Positions 62,874 through 64,000 of a stretch of DNA of 64,000 nt are shown here, piece by piece. The number at the start of each line of letters is the position of its first letter. Position 1 is the first letter of the stretch. The position numbers were made by a program, and so were the translations under genes. This DNA is from Podarcis vaucheri. Lineage: Eukaryota. Under the pieces are notes generated by a model. The model was not told the DNA's origin and did no database searches. It worked only from the letters and a program-made list of their open reading frames with translations. The stretch is taken from assembly GCA_965113315.1 (NCBI GenBank), contig OZ220367.1; one strand, given 5' to 3'.

Positions 62874-63739
62874 TACACATGCACCCTGTTGAACCTGAAC
62901 ACAGCAAATCAGGTGGGGGGTGCTCATTAAGATATATTTTCTCACACTGAAAGGACATCCATTATCTATGCAGAAAATCATAATGTGTGAAGTCTGAAAA
63001 TTTGGTGGGGGCGGGGAATGCCTGATGTGACCCTCAGTATTAAATAATAATCCACCCTGTCATAGACTGATCAAAGAATCACATAGGCAAGCATAATAGT
63101 TATGAACTTTGGCCTAGGAATCATCAGTAGTCGGGGTGTAGGTATACTTTCAACTCCCAAATGACACATTGGAAAGAATAAAGGAAAATGCTGAGCGGCA
63201 GGGGGGTTTCTATAATCTTGCTGAAGAGACAAGGCACTTTTCAAGTCTAATATTTAACTTTAAAAAGCAAACAGCAGTGCAACTGGCTGCAGTGGAAACT
63301 TTAACAAAGCCCCTATCAGACACTTCTGCCCCATATACATGTTCACAGTTTTGCTGGAGTGGCCATAAAGGGAAACTCTAGTAGAAGCCATTGCATCTCA
63401 GATGATGGCCGTAAAGTAACAAAATATGGTAGCCCACAAAGAACCATTAAATCAAAACAATAGTAATCCATGCAACAAATCCTTGAGGAATCCTTGTCCT
63501 AGGTGAATGGTCCCATTAGCTCTATGGGAGCCATTTTTTTACTGCCCCTTCCAATATTATTTTGTGCCCAAGATGAATGCCACTAGACACTGAAAACTGC
63601 TAGCTAACATTTCCCAACTTTGAAGGTCTTAATCTATGCGAATAAATATGCAAAATGAAGAAAAATGATCGCAGTTCACAAACAGTTAAATTGCAAAAGA
63701 TTTTAAAGGCTAATAATAAAAACACTCAGAATTTGTATA

Positions 63740-63950
63740 TTGCTTCGGGGTGACCAAAGTGGTTCACACCATCCTTTATTTCAAATAGCCCTGTCAACTC
63801 TGCAAAGTAACCCTGAATTATTGTCTCCAAGCAGCAGATTTGGGTGAGGCTATGAGAGAGTAGCTTGCCCAAGGCTGCCTACCATATTCATGGCAGATGT
63901 GAGATATGAATCAGAGAAGTCCTTGATCAGAGATGCTATTCTATGTGCCA
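63740..63950 (-). mobile_element. Degraded CORE/MIR-like SINE
   Basis: gaggctatgagagagtagcttgcccaaggctgcc...ttcatggcagatgtgagatatgaatcag is a reversed MIR-like head and core. Confidence 0.55.
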
Positions 63951-64000
63951 TGCAAACCAAAGATACAGAAAGACATGGCCCATTCATTCATTGTGGTACA

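Noticed and set aside
58300-64000. ARID5B exons 1-4 or a neighbouring gene such as RTKN2
   Set aside because: I saw no matching peptide here or at the left edge. These exons should lie outside the window.
1-64000. CRISPR arrays, operons or other prokaryotic systems
   Set aside because: The sequence is a vertebrate intron-rich locus with no regularly spaced repeat-spacer structure.

Overview
This is AT-rich squamate genomic DNA, probably from a lacertid lizard given several young Sauria SINE copies. Almost the whole window is the 3' two-thirds of one minus-strand gene, ARID5B (MRF2/DESRT). I could place six coding exons matching human exons 5-10 (113, 205, 53, 98, 199 and 2142 coding nt, all GT-AG and phase-consistent). 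There is also an internal alternative first exon ending ATG-G|gt that gives the short isoform MAPNLKGRPRKK... (937 aa predicted), and a ~5.5 kb 3' UTR ending at an AATAAA near position 206. Exons 1-4 of the long isoform lie beyond the right edge. The introns carry Sauria SINEs, tRNA-Lys/CR1-tail SINEs, CORE/MIR-like SINEs, L2 and CR1 fragments, many Tc1/mariner-, hAT- and Harbinger-type MITEs, and microsatellites. Almost all other entries in the ORF track look spurious. I found no new gene system. The most interesting hypotheses are post-transcriptional. (i) An inverted pair of near-identical MITEs tightly brackets exons 6-9, a 555-nt, phase-0/phase-0, stop-free block encoding the whole ARID domain (candidate circRNA with an endless ORF, or an ARID-less skipped isoform). 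(ii) A strong 3' splice site 52 nt past the exon 9 donor opens an in-frame 87-codon alternative terminal exon. (iii) There is a candidate poison exon and a uORF cluster at the short-isoform 5' end. All three are inferences that need RNA data.
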